Positions 10,117 through 20,755 are shown, numbered from the stretch's first letter. The stretch: DNA of 64,000 nucleotides from Nibricoccus sp. (GCA_047602425.1 JASGHG010000001.1:512001-576000); one strand, 5' to 3'. Made by a program: numbers and translations. Notes: generated by a model from the sequence alone, not told the origin.

Positions 10117-11562
10117 ATGAGTTCAACAGAGACTCCCTTCCGCCGTACCAAAATCGTCTTCACCCTAGGACCCGCCACCGAAAGCGAGGAAATGCTCGAA
10201 AAGCTGATCCTCGCCGGCGCCGATGTCGCGCGCCTCAACATGGCCCACGCCAAGCATGACTGGACCCGCGCCATCATCCGCCGCATTCGCGCCGTTTCGA
10301 AAAAAGTCGGACGCGAAATCGCCATCATGATGGACATCAAAGGTCCCGAGATCCGCACCGGCGATCTCGCGGTCCCGATCGAACTTCGCCCTGGCGATAT
10401 TTTTGATTTCACCGTCAAGCCCGGCGCTCCTCGCGAAACGTCCGAGGAAATTCGCTCCGTCGACGTCAATTACAAGGATCTCATCAACGACATTAACGTC
10501 GGCGACACCGTGCTCGTTGACTCCGGTCTTATCCGCCTAGAAGTCCTCGAAAAGAAAGATGCGCACATCCGCTGTCGCGTGCTCGTCCCGGGCCAGCTCA
10601 CCTCCCGCCGTCATATCAATCTCCCCGGCGTGAAAGTTAATCTCCCTTCCTTCACCGAAAAAGATCGCGCCGACACCCTTGTCGGTATCGAGGAGGGCAT
10701 CGATTTTGTCGCCCTGTCGTTCGTGCGCGAAGCCAAGGACATCGAAATTCTCCGCGAATTTCTCCGCACCCATCGCTCTCCGGCACAAATCATCGCCAAG
10801 ATCGAAGACCAATCGGCGATCGAAAATCTCAAAGACATTGTCCAAGCCTGCGACGCCCTCATGGTGGCCCGCGGTGACCTCGGCATTGAGTGCCCGTTTG
10901 AAGACTTGCCGATCATCCAACGCCGCGCCGTGCAGAAATGTCTGCAACATGGCAAACCAGTCATTATCGCCACGCACATGCTGGAATCGATGATCACCTC
11001 GCCGATGCCCACGCGCGCCGAAATCACCGACGTTGCAAATGCCGTGTTTGAACGCGCTGACTGCGTCATGCTTTCGGGCGAAACCACCATCGGCCGCTAC
11101 CCGATCGACTGCGTGAAAATCCTCGAGAAAATCGCCTGCCGTATCGAAGACGAGTTGGCCGAGGATCGTTCCGAACCCGCGACATTCTCGCACGAAAAAA
11201 TGAAGGTGCTGCGCTCCGCCGTCGTCATGGCCAACGAAGTTCCCGGCTCGCAAATTCTGACCTTCACCCGCCAAGGCTTCATGGCCCGCGGCCTCGCCGC
11301 CCTGCGCCCACCGCGCGCACCCGTCCTCGCCTTCACGCCCTCGATCGAAGTTCTGCGTCAAATGCGCCTCCTCCGCTCGGTCGAAGGCTTTCTGCTGCCA
11401 CTGGAATCGAATCCCGACGAAACCATTCGCCACGCGATCTCGCACCTCGTGAAAACGAAACGCCTGAAAGTCGGCGACAAACTCATCGTCGTAACCGACA
11501 TCCTCTCGCACGACCGCCTGATCGACAGCGTCCAACTCCGCACCATCCGCGCCACGGATTAA
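10117..11562 (+). CDS. pyk: Pyruvate kinase
   Basis: RRTKIVFTLGPAT, DIKGPEIR, IIAKIE, MVARGDLG, ATHMLESM, MLSGET. Confidence 0.97.
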   Translation: MSSTETPFRRTKIVFTLGPATESEEMLEKLILAGADVARLNMAHAKHDWTRAIIRRIRAVSKKVGREIAIMMDIKGPEIRTGDLAVPIELRPGDIFDFTVKPGAPRETSEEIRSVDVNYKDLINDINVGDTVLVDSGLIRLEVLEKKDAHIRCRVLVPGQLTSRRHINLPGVKVNLPSFTEKDRADTLVGIEEGIDFVALSFVREAKDIEILREFLRTHRSPAQIIAKIEDQSAIENLKDIVQACDALMVARGDLGIECPFEDLPIIQRRAVQKCLQHGKPVIIATHMLESMITSPMPTRAEITDVANAVFERADCVMLSGETTIGRYPIDCVKILEKIACRIEDELAEDRSEPATFSHEKMKVLRSAVVMANEVPGSQILTFTRQGFMARGLAALRPPRAPVLAFTPSIEVLRQMRLLRSVEGFLLPLESNPDETIRHAISHLVKTKRLKVGDKLIVVTDILSHDRLIDSVQLRTIRATD

Positions 11563-11617
11563 AACGAGCCTCAAAAGGCCAACAGACCGTCCATCCGAGT
11601 CTGTTTCAAATACATTC

Positions 11618-11646
11618 AAATCCCGCCCTAACCCGCGGGATTTTTT
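11618..11646 (+). terminator. Rho-independent terminator after pyk
   Basis: AAATCCCGC-CCTAACCC-GCGGGA-TTTTTT. Confidence 0.8.
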
Positions 11647-11737
11647 ATTGGCCGTAGCCGAACCACAATCTAGCGACAAGCCACCGCGCCGGTCGTTAAA
11701 AATCGATATCTTAAAACTTCAACTTCCCACCTCAACG

Positions 11738-11762
11738 AGCGATGGCGCGCAGCGCCATCGCT
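11738..11762. repeat. REP-like perfect hairpin overlapping the stop codon of the PglF-like gene
   Basis: AGCGATGGCGC-GCA-GCGCCATCGCT. Confidence 0.55.
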
Positions 11763-13818
11763 AATCCAGCGAAGGCTGATACTCAGGAATCAGCACCTTC
11801 AAGTTTCGCTTAATGTCGTTGGCCGAAAGCTCGTCCGTGAACGGCTCCAATTCCGCCATCGCCTGACGGCTTGCCTTGGTCGCATCGCTGCTCGTCACAA
11901 AACGCATGATTCGGGGATGCTCCGTCGGCAAATGTTGTTCGTCCACGTGCTGGAGCTCCTCGTAAAGTTTTTCGCCCGGCTTTAGACCTGTGAACTTGAT
12001 ATCGATATCCTCGCCCACCTTGTAGCCACTCAGCTCGATCATCTGGCGGGCCAGATCGACGATCTTCACCGGCTTGCCCATATCGAGCACGAAAATTTCC
12101 CCACCCTTGCCGAGCGCGCTCGCCTGCATCACCAAACCGACCGCTTCCGGAATAGTCATAAAATAACGAATCACATCCGGGTGCGTGACCGTGACCGGAC
12201 CACCCGCTTCGATCTGCTTTTTGAAAATCGGCACCACGCTGCCGGACGAACCCAACACATTGCCAAAACGCACAGCCATTAGCTTCGTTTTCGAAGAGCC
12301 GGTCGCAAACTGAGCCGCCGTATCCGTCACAAGTTGTGGCGGACGACTTGACCCGCCGGTAGAAGTAACCTCCTGGCGCGAGACATCACCAACCGTTGAA
12401 GAAGCCGTCTTCGCGCTTACCTTCGCCGCCGAGCGCATCGCAGCCACCGCTTGACGCTCAAGTTGCGCCTCCGCGATGACTTCATTGCTCAACGCTTGCA
12501 GATGCAATTCCGCCAAACGCTTGCTCGCGCCCATCACATTAGTCGGATTGATGGCTTTGTCGGTCGAAATCATAACGAAAGCCTCAGCCGCATAATCGAT
12601 CGCCAATTGCGCGAGCTTTCTTGTCCCAATCGAGTTGTTTTTAATCGCCTCGGAAGGCTGCCGCTCCATCAGGTAAACATGTTTGTGCGCAGCGGCGTGA
12701 AAAACCACCTGTGGACTATGCAGCTCGAAAATCGCCTTCATCCGCCCTTGGTCTAAAATATCTGCGACGAGTGGAAGAATCAGTCCGCCCAAACCCAGTC
12801 CGTTCATCTCTTGTTCGATCACAAAAAGTGAAGGCTCGGACTGCTCCACCATCAACACGCGTCGGGGGTTAAGATTGGCGATCTGGCGACAAAGTTCGCT
12901 GCCGATACTCCCGCCTGCGCCCGTCACCATCACCACCTTGTTCTCCACGAAATGGCGAATGGATTTACTATCGAGCTGAATAGCCTCACGCCCCAGCAAA
13001 TCTTGAATTTCGATCGGGCGAATCTTGCTCACCCGCGCTTTGCCCGACGCCATGTCCTCGAGCGCCGGTATAGTCTCTACTTGTACACCGCCCTTACCCA
13101 GAAACAGCGCGATTTCGCCAATTCGCTTCGCCGAAGCCGAAGGCATGGCGACGATTGCACGCCGCACACCAACCAATGACTTCAACTCAAAAAAATCCTC
13201 CGCCACACCATCCACCATCACACCATGGATAAACTTCCCATGTTTGCTCCGGTCGTCATCGAGAAAGGCCACCGGTTTAAAACCTCTTCCCGGCATACTG
13301 AGCAAATCCGTAGCCAACGAAGCCCCTGCATCGCCCGCGCCAATGATCGCAATCCGCTCCATCCGCCGATCCCCCAATTTCTTCCCTATCATGATTCGCT
13401 CACGATAAAGCCGCAGCGCCATGCGAAACGCGCAAAAGCATACCACTGACAACAGCAAATCCACCAACAACACCCCGCGCGGCGGCGTGTATAGCGGATA
13501 CCCCGCCATGCGCGGCACGATCATTAAGGCACTAGAAACCAACAACGCCGAAGTCAGTCGCACAAAATCCGGTATGCTGAAATAAGTCAGCATCGTCCCC
13601 ATCTGCCCAAAGACGACCAACGCCACCAGTTTCACCGCCAGCAGTAACCCAATGATCCGCATACGGTCAGCTTGGAACTCAGCAGTCGGCGCAAAATCAA
13701 AACGCACCTCGTAAGCAACGTAAAAACAGCACACCACGATTGCCGCATAAAGCGCCAATACGATAAGGAACCGATAGCTCAGCACATCCCGAGCCGCCTG
13801 AGTGAGAGATCTTTTCAC
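11761..13818 (-). CDS. Membrane-bound nucleoside-diphosphate sugar 4,6-dehydratase (PglF/WbpM/CapD family)
   Basis: N-terminal TM segments, IIGAGDAG, TGAGGSIGSELCRQI, HAAAHKHV, ISTDKA, VRFGNVLGSSGSV, GLKPGEKLYEEL. Confidence 0.93.
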   Translation of the reverse strand: MKRSLTQAARDVLSYRFLIVLALYAAIVVCCFYVAYEVRFDFAPTAEFQADRMRIIGLLLAVKLVALVVFGQMGTMLTYFSIPDFVRLTSALLVSSALMIVPRMAGYPLYTPPRGVLLVDLLLSVVCFCAFRMALRLYRERIMIGKKLGDRRMERIAIIGAGDAGASLATDLLSMPGRGFKPVAFLDDDRSKHGKFIHGVMVDGVAEDFFELKSLVGVRRAIVAMPSASAKRIGEIALFLGKGGVQVETIPALEDMASGKARVSKIRPIEIQDLLGREAIQLDSKSIRHFVENKVVMVTGAGGSIGSELCRQIANLNPRRVLMVEQSEPSLFVIEQEMNGLGLGGLILPLVADILDQGRMKAIFELHSPQVVFHAAAHKHVYLMERQPSEAIKNNSIGTRKLAQLAIDYAAEAFVMISTDKAINPTNVMGASKRLAELHLQALSNEVIAEAQLERQAVAAMRSAAKVSAKTASSTVGDVSRQEVTSTGGSSRPPQLVTDTAAQFATGSSKTKLMAVRFGNVLGSSGSVVPIFKKQIEAGGPVTVTHPDVIRYFMTIPEAVGLVMQASALGKGGEIFVLDMGKPVKIVDLARQMIELSGYKVGEDIDIKFTGLKPGEKLYEELQHVDEQHLPTEHPRIMRFVTSSDATKASRQAMAELEPFTDELSANDIKRNLKVLIPEYQPSLD

Positions 13819-14146
13819 AAAAGAGTTTTAAGGTGGATCCGAATCCCTACCCGGTCTTCATAAAAATTTCACGCAAAATCGCATAGTTCAATGAGCGCAG
13901 CAAAACAAGTTCGCTCCATAACACCGTATGGACGTCCTCAATATCTTGAGTAGATGCCGAATAATCCCGCGGCAAGAGTCAAACGTGGTCGATGAAGAGA
14001 AGCTCTCTCGAGCACGGGATTACGACGCGAGAAAACCGCAGCATTAGCGCGAAGTATGGATAGGGTTACGTAACATGGGGCGGATATGGCCTATAGCATA
14101 GCGTTTCCCGCAGTTCTAAGCCAGGGTCATAATAACCAGCAATTCG

Positions 14147-15172
14147 CTATCCATATTTGCTGTAGTCATATCCTACACCCGCATCCGCAAGAATCTTATG
14201 CACATTTATGTCTCCCCTCATAATTTCTGCACTGAGCTCGTCAGGAAACAATTTCTTGATCAGCTCATTGTCCAAAAGCTCAGGAAACCATTCTTTTCCC
14301 AAGCGACTAAGTTTTTTTTGCACCAACGCCTGATACCCTCCATACGGCGTCTTTAGCTGCTGAAGACAGATACTAGCGTGTTGATCGACACCAAACGAAA
14401 TATTCCTTAAAATATCTATTCTACGCCACTTGATACTCCTACAAATATTATACACAACATAAAACAACTTATCCACCCAGCCACTCGAAAAAGACTTACC
14501 GACTGGAGCAGTAGCATCCGACATTCCTGTATAATAATAGTTAACCCAGCTATTAACGCGAAGAAATTCGCTGTATACTTCCAATCCAGAGACAGGAATA
14601 AGATTCTTAATTTCAGTTGCCGTATAGAAATTCCTATTAGGCACCAGCAGAATTCGTTCATCCATAACGTAACTTATGCACAATTCAGGCTCCTGTTTAC
14701 TGCGAGGGAAAATGTAGCGCAGTCCACGCAGTATATTGTAAAGCCAAAGACATTGGCTTCTAGTTATTAGAAATATATCAATATCCAAGTGATTATTCCG
14801 GTCCCTAACCGGATTACTAGCCGCCAAGGACCCCGATATTCCAACGAATTTTACTATAGGATTTTTAGCAATTTTATTGAGACAAGCCAAACGGGAATTG
14901 ATAAGCTTTCTTGCTGTTGCTATTTTGGAAGCCTTGACCGCAATCTTGTCTTCAAGGCTCGGTAGAGCAGCAAAGCCATCATTTAGAACTATTTTCCCTT
15001 TCAAGTGCAGCTCATTCAGCGCGGCGTAAAACGCATCTCGTTCAGATACTCCAAGCCTTGCCGCTATCTCTTCAATGCCAATAACATCATTAAAAACGCC
15101 AGCATAACAGACTAAAGTTGCGATCCCAGCAGACAGAGGCAGATCCGACCATATGCTTGCTTTTGAGTTCAT
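14147..15172 (-). CDS. Nucleotidyltransferase-fold hypothetical protein
   Basis: GISGSLA...DIDIFLIT resembles the Pol-beta NTase GS/DxD signature; low GC; start may be 15172 or 15190. Confidence 0.6.
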   Translation of the reverse strand: MNSKASIWSDLPLSAGIATLVCYAGVFNDVIGIEEIAARLGVSERDAFYAALNELHLKGKIVLNDGFAALPSLEDKIAVKASKIATARKLINSRLACLNKIAKNPIVKFVGISGSLAASNPVRDRNNHLDIDIFLITRSQCLWLYNILRGLRYIFPRSKQEPELCISYVMDERILLVPNRNFYTATEIKNLIPVSGLEVYSEFLRVNSWVNYYYTGMSDATAPVGKSFSSGWVDKLFYVVYNICRSIKWRRIDILRNISFGVDQHASICLQQLKTPYGGYQALVQKKLSRLGKEWFPELLDNELIKKLFPDELSAEIMRGDINVHKILADAGVGYDYSKYG

Positions 15173-15386
15173 GACTTGTGAACCTTTCAAGGAGGCCCAA
15201 ATCAGAACAAATGCAGGAAAATTTCAGTAACAGACCAGTTACGCTTTTTTCTAGATCACGCACGACACGATATGGAGCGATAAATCGAATAGTAAAACGC
15301 CAGAGCGTCATGCATAGTAAGGAGCAACGCTATTGACCTGCATTGAACCTCAATAGCCTAGAACTCCTACGCAGCTAAATAATGCA

Positions 15387-17402
15387 ATGCCCATAACTCG
15401 TTCATCCTTCTTCACAGCCGCTATACGCCGTTACTTCTACAGCGGCTGGGCCTTCCTTATTCCCTACCTAGCGGTCTACCTACTCTACTACGTCACCAAG
15501 TGGCCGGTAAACACGGCAAACAGAAACCAGACACTAGAAGCCGGAAGCCAGATAACTACGAGTTTGGTACCATGCCTGCTCCACATTTATTGGGTCCTGC
15601 ACGCAATCCATGTCATTCTTGGAGGCTTCGCCCTGTGGAGCGCGCTCCACGCGAGACTAAGTGGGAAGCTGGAAGTTTTAAGCGAAGGAAATCCTCAATG
15701 CAAAACCTCCAACTTAAAATGGCTCACGCGCATTGCGCCGTGGGCTTTGCTCGCCCTACTCTTCTACATCCCCGGCGTCTACCTCGAATGGCCCTCTGAC
15801 CCGTGGGAACACCTGCGCCGCATCAACGAATGGCGTATCCTTGATACCGTTGGCGCGCACTCCTTCTGGAGTAAATCTGCATACTTTATCCCCTATAGTC
15901 TACTCAGCTGGTGCATCGGCCTCCGCCAAATCTTCTGGCTCGATTTTTATTATACAGGTGTCTGCCTATTACTCTGCTGGCAGTATTATCGCTTCTCCCG
16001 CGCCTGCGGCCTCGGCGAACGCGCCTCGATGGTGTTTGTCATTATACAAGCACTGCTATTCGGGAATAATATATTCTCGTTCTATAGATACTACGGTATA
16101 TCCAGCAGCATCTACGCCCAATTAGGCGCCATCGCCCTCACACGCATCATTCTAGAATTTGCTTCATGGAGAACTAGTGTAGCACCGCAGCATTCTCCTT
16201 ATTCGACTTTCCTAACTTCCGCATCCCATCCGCCTCCCCGCCCCATCTTCTGGCATTTGCCATCGCTACTTCGCCTCTTACCTATCACCTTTTGCCTACT
16301 ACCCTTTATTGCCTTCAATCACCCGCAAGGCCTTGGCATCGCCGGACTCGGAGTCATCGCAATCGTCGTTTGGCGCCTGATCGAGTGGAAATATTCGGTT
16401 ATCTGGTGGCTAACGGGAGGTGCACTTGTCATCAATGCTCTCTTTCTTTCGTTATACCCTCGACTCGCCATTATCGAAACATACCGCGAGCACGGCTACC
16501 TAAATGCATGGTACGGTTTTAACATCCTCGATCTCACCTCAGCCGCAGGCGACCGCATGCTACAAATTGTCAGCGGTGCTGGACTCATTAATTTGGCAGC
16601 TGCGCTACTTCTATTCCGCCGTAATCACCCAATCGCATGGTTTACAACCATTCCATTTTTCGCTCTTCTCTTTCCCTGCTTAAGTCTTCCCCTCGCGAAT
16701 GCCCTTTCCGCAAATGACGCTACGGTCAGTATTATTACTTTCCAACGAATGCTCTTTGCGATCCCTTTTGGGTGGGCACTCATTTACCAATGGGGCCATT
16801 TGGGCTCCGCTATTTTATGCCAGCGCCAGCTATCATCTATAATACGCAAGACATTGCGCATAGTCGGTTTCGAAGCCAATACTTTGCTTACAAGTCTTGT
16901 ACTCGCTACAATTGTCACCATTACCCAAGCTAGCCCTGGCTACAATCGATCATGGCATGCTGTCATACATACTTCAGACGACTTAAAAATGCAGCCTATG
17001 CTGAGCATAGCCAAATGCATTTCGTCACATCGCACACACTCTTCGCAACTCGTAACGTCGTATTGCATCGGGGCTGTGCTTCAGTCGATTGGCGTATCCG
17101 ACGTTATCTACGCATTGCGTGCAATCTCGATTCCAAAGCCAGATATTATAAATCCTACCATTCATAAAATCCGAACGATTATGCCTAGTGATACAATCAT
17201 CATCGTTCCCAAAGCAGCTTCATTATATACATTCTGTTCTCAGAGCGGCATACTATCCAACCATTGGCCCGCCCAGCAAACTCCCTGTGACTATCTTGGT
17301 GGCACCGAGCTAACTTCGGAGATTGCTAAACACAATCTATCAACACTAGTATGTGCGCAGGGAGAGCTCTATCAATTCTCTGCACTGCGATCCCGACCGT
17401 AG
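15387..17402 (+). CDS. Polytopic membrane protein, possible GT-C-fold glycosyltransferase
   Basis: 671 aa with many hydrophobic segments; early loop motif EWPSDPWEH; opposite strand to the surrounding locus. Confidence 0.6.
   Translation: MPITRSSFFTAAIRRYFYSGWAFLIPYLAVYLLYYVTKWPVNTANRNQTLEAGSQITTSLVPCLLHIYWVLHAIHVILGGFALWSALHARLSGKLEVLSEGNPQCKTSNLKWLTRIAPWALLALLFYIPGVYLEWPSDPWEHLRRINEWRILDTVGAHSFWSKSAYFIPYSLLSWCIGLRQIFWLDFYYTGVCLLLCWQYYRFSRACGLGERASMVFVIIQALLFGNNIFSFYRYYGISSSIYAQLGAIALTRIILEFASWRTSVAPQHSPYSTFLTSASHPPPRPIFWHLPSLLRLLPITFCLLPFIAFNHPQGLGIAGLGVIAIVVWRLIEWKYSVIWWLTGGALVINALFLSLYPRLAIIETYREHGYLNAWYGFNILDLTSAAGDRMLQIVSGAGLINLAAALLLFRRNHPIAWFTTIPFFALLFPCLSLPLANALSANDATVSIITFQRMLFAIPFGWALIYQWGHLGSAILCQRQLSSIIRKTLRIVGFEANTLLTSLVLATIVTITQASPGYNRSWHAVIHTSDDLKMQPMLSIAKCISSHRTHSSQLVTSYCIGAVLQSIGVSDVIYALRAISIPKPDIINPTIHKIRTIMPSDTIIIVPKAASLYTFCSQSGILSNHWPAQQTPCDYLGGTELTSEIAKHNLSTLVCAQGELYQFSALRSRP
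15521..15555 (+). repeat. Degenerate heptamer array inside a CDS
   Basis: CAGAAAC CAGACAC TAGAAGC CGGAAGC CAGATAA. Confidence 0.6.
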
Positions 17403-17519
17403 CCCACATTAATTTGGATCAAAACTATAGTGCGCTACAATCCGATAATTCTACCTCAGTCTTTACAGATACGGATTACATTCTCACCGCTACCTCCTTC
17501 AAGAAGTGATGGTCAAATC

Positions 17520-18572
17520 TTACATCGATCGTTCTCCTCTTTCCAAGAGAACGGTTAGTATCCATGTGACAACTACGAACAACATGGCGATACTCGCAGC
17601 CAGCAAAATCCCACCACTACCGACGAATTTTAGTGCAACTATGGAACAGATGATATTCCATAAACAATAATAGGTTGCAACTGCAGAGTGACTCCCCCCC
17701 CCCTGCACCATTCGCTGATATAGGTGTGTTCGATGCGCTTTCCAAACTGGTTCATGGTTCGCAACGCGACGGAAAAATGTAAACAGCCCATCAGCCAGAA
17801 AGGGCCACAATGCCATGATGGCGAACGTTGGCAATCGGGCGTAAAAATGATGCTGGGAAGATAATTCTTGCAACGCAATTATTGGCAGTATCCCAAAGCA
17901 AAACCCAAGAAAAGCACTACCAACATCACCCATAAATATCTTTGCGGGAGACCAGTTATGGCAAAGAAAACCAATACACCCTCCCGCCAACAGGGCACCC
18001 ATGACAGCTACGCCTTGAGCGCCGACCGACAAGCCAACACCAGCCCAAAAAAAGCCGGCAGTGGCTCCTTGTAGCCCAGCTATGCCATCAATTCCGTCCA
18101 TAAAATTGAAAACATTAGTTAAGCCTACAATCCAGAGAACTGTTAGCGGAGCTCCTAACCATCCCAGTTGAAACTCGAAACCGAGCTGAACAACTTCAAA
18201 CGCACCAAATACTTTTATAACGACCACCGCAGCAACTAGGTGAACGCCCAATCTTATGCCGGGCCCCACCGATCGGAAATCATCCCGCAGACTAACTCCC
18301 GCTATTCCAAGAGCGGTTGTTGCCAACGTGACTATCTGAAAAGTAGATAGATGAATTTCGCACAAGCACCACGAAGCGATTAGCCCAATGCACCATGTAG
18401 CGACAATACCCACTCCACCACCTCGTGGTGTGACTTTGGTATGGGAACTCCGCTCGTTTGGCCGATCAACAAGTCCCAGTACAGGAGCCTTTCTGACAAT
18501 AAATGCTACCAAAGCTGAGCATACAATTGCTGATATCCCGGTATAAATCAGCATACTCGAAATTGTTTTCAA
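17520..18572 (-). CDS. Undecaprenyl-phosphate HexNAc-1-phosphate transferase (MraY/WecA/WbpL family)
   Basis: DRPNERSSH..TPRGGG, LRDD, NVFNFMDGIDG, AKIFMGDVGS, HRTHLYQR. Confidence 0.92.
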   Translation of the reverse strand: MKTISSMLIYTGISAIVCSALVAFIVRKAPVLGLVDRPNERSSHTKVTPRGGGVGIVATWCIGLIASWCLCEIHLSTFQIVTLATTALGIAGVSLRDDFRSVGPGIRLGVHLVAAVVVIKVFGAFEVVQLGFEFQLGWLGAPLTVLWIVGLTNVFNFMDGIDGIAGLQGATAGFFWAGVGLSVGAQGVAVMGALLAGGCIGFLCHNWSPAKIFMGDVGSAFLGFCFGILPIIALQELSSQHHFYARLPTFAIMALWPFLADGLFTFFRRVANHEPVWKAHRTHLYQRMVQGGGSHSAVATYYCLWNIICSIVALKFVGSGGILLAASIAMLFVVVTWILTVLLERGERSM

Positions 18573-18583
18573 TTTATGAAGGT

Positions 18584-19567
18584 CTAAATATTTTTATAAA
18601 ATGTTGCATGCCGCGCCAATGCTTCTACAAAGTTGGGCAGAGGAATATCCGGCAATGTTTCCAGCATACGACTGTTATCAATAACGGTAGATGTAGTCAA
18701 CTTTCCCAAGGTATCTAGCGTGAGAGGAAATCCGTTTATTACCCTATTTATCACAGTTCCTCCTGCCGATAGCACTTTGAATACAGACATCGGCAGCGAA
18801 ATCGGGCGAGGGAAACCACAATATTTTGAATACGCCTCGCACATTTCTCGCAGGGTCGGAGTGTCCGTAATGGCAGCATTAATTAACCGATAACGTGGAG
18901 TCGTTTTAAGTGCCATCTCCACCAAGACCTCTACAGCAACATCTACAGGAATCACACTTTTCCTAGCGTCACCATCGCCAGGCACAAGGAATTGTCTCCG
19001 TTTTAGCCCACGTGCGAGTTTAGCAAAATTTGCTCGATCACCCTCACCAAAAACAGTCGCAAGCCGGATTACACGCCAGTCCAGCGAAGACTTTGATATG
19101 ATAGATTCCCCTTCTAGTTTGGTCTGGGCATAGGCAGAAACCGGTTTGATCAAAACATCCTCACTAACCGGTTGCCCAACTGCACGTTTCCAGTCATATC
19201 CGGCGATTGTTGAAACATATACTATGCGATCTACGCCGTTTTGGAGACAAGCATTAACTAGATTCTGCGTACCTCGAACATTCGCTTCTTTAAACGCCTG
19301 CACCTCCTCAGGCGTTTCTACCGGTCGGTGGGCACGTCCAGCGCAGTGAATCACAGTTTTTGTTTTTTGGAGCAGCCTGCGAAGGTCTGGCGTTGGATTG
19401 CCAAGCAATGCTAATTCTCCCTCGAATACCTCGATCCATGGACCCGTTGAACCAACCATATCGTATCCTACCACCAAACAACCTTTTTCGCTAAGCCGGC
19501 AGGAAACGCGTCGACCTATCCAACCCGCTGATCCAGTAACTAAGATCAAATCACGAAGAGTGTTCAT
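18584..19567 (-). CDS. NAD-dependent epimerase/dehydratase (WbpV-like)
   Basis: VTGSAGWIG, IHCAGRAH, YAQTK. Confidence 0.88.
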   Translation of the reverse strand: MNTLRDLILVTGSAGWIGRRVSCRLSEKGCLVVGYDMVGSTGPWIEVFEGELALLGNPTPDLRRLLQKTKTVIHCAGRAHRPVETPEEVQAFKEANVRGTQNLVNACLQNGVDRIVYVSTIAGYDWKRAVGQPVSEDVLIKPVSAYAQTKLEGESIISKSSLDWRVIRLATVFGEGDRANFAKLARGLKRRQFLVPGDGDARKSVIPVDVAVEVLVEMALKTTPRYRLINAAITDTPTLREMCEAYSKYCGFPRPISLPMSVFKVLSAGGTVINRVINGFPLTLDTLGKLTTSTVIDNSRMLETLPDIPLPNFVEALARHATFYKNI

Positions 19568-20681
19568 TCAATTCTCCAAACAATTTCAGCCATTGGCGAC
19601 TTGTTGACTCCATTGAGTAGTGTGCATGGGCAGCGTTATATGAATTAATCCGTTTTTTGTGAACTTCTGCAGAACGCTGTGGCAATCCCTCAAGAAGCGT
19701 ACGGAGATTGCGTGCGTCACCCGGTTCAATAACCCAGCCACAGTCATGCGTTTTTATCAGATCAGCCAAATCGGATTGATCCGGACAAATAGCCAGCACA
19801 GCCTGTCCTGCAGCCATTGCGCTATATGTTTTGCTCGGCATGACCACTTTTTCGGCTCCAGGCAGCATGGTGACCAACGCCACATCTGCGCCAAGCATAG
19901 TTGCTTTCCAATCGACAGATTGTCGAGTTCCTGAGAAACTCAGTCGTTCATGGCAGGTATTCTGTAAATGACTTTTAAGTGCATTTGCGCTTGGTCCATC
20001 CGAAGCAATCGTTATGTTGACACCCTGCGGGACGCCCGGTCTCAGAGCCGCTCCCAAAGTCTCCCAATCGTGCAGCCTTCCCATATGACCTGAATAAAGA
20101 CATTGCAGAACTGGCACCTCTCGAACGCCCGGCTCGCAATCAGAAAATTGCGTGGCGTCTGTACCGACCGAAATCACTGCCGTGAGAGGTGCCGATCCAT
20201 ACGAAGACTCCGCATACACCCGCAACCTTTCCCCAAGATATACCGTAGCCGCAGTATTTTTGATAGCATAGCGCGTGGTTGCGGCCGCAAAATGGTATGC
20301 AGGGCTATTCCTGGACCATCCTCCACCGAACATAAGGGCGTCTGGGTAAAGGTCGTATATAAGGTTAACTACTTTAATGCCACGTCGCCCAGCGATGCGT
20401 GCCGCTACCGCCGGCGCAAAAAATGGGTTAGTCACTGACACAAACAAGTCGTTTGTGCTGGCATGCCGTACAGCGCGCGCCATCATTATTGTATAATATA
20501 TATACATAGCCACTCGCAAGCGACAGCGAGAGAGAAAACCCGATTTCGACCGCCAGTAGTCCCTGAGACTCACAGCCGAGTGTAAACGCGCGTCGATACC
20601 AAGTTTTCGCCAAGAGCAAACTTGGTACTCTCCAAAAACTCCACCTCCAACATTCGAACAAAACCAAATACGTTGTTTCAC
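19551..20681 (-). CDS. Glycosyltransferase family 4 (WbuB-like)
   Basis: TNPFF, YDLYPD, YSGHMG, MPSKTYSAMAAG. Confidence 0.85.
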   Translation of the reverse strand: MKQRIWFCSNVGGGVFGEYQVCSWRKLGIDARLHSAVSLRDYWRSKSGFLSRCRLRVAMYIYYTIMMARAVRHASTNDLFVSVTNPFFAPAVAARIAGRRGIKVVNLIYDLYPDALMFGGGWSRNSPAYHFAAATTRYAIKNTAATVYLGERLRVYAESSYGSAPLTAVISVGTDATQFSDCEPGVREVPVLQCLYSGHMGRLHDWETLGAALRPGVPQGVNITIASDGPSANALKSHLQNTCHERLSFSGTRQSVDWKATMLGADVALVTMLPGAEKVVMPSKTYSAMAAGQAVLAICPDQSDLADLIKTHDCGWVIEPGDARNLRTLLEGLPQRSAEVHKKRINSYNAAHAHYSMESTSRQWLKLFGELNEHSS

Positions 20682-20755
20682 AAGATATCGATAAATCCAC
20701 TGTCAATTCAACCAACCCGAAAACGCACCAATATTTAGCGTAAGCTGCTATCCAT

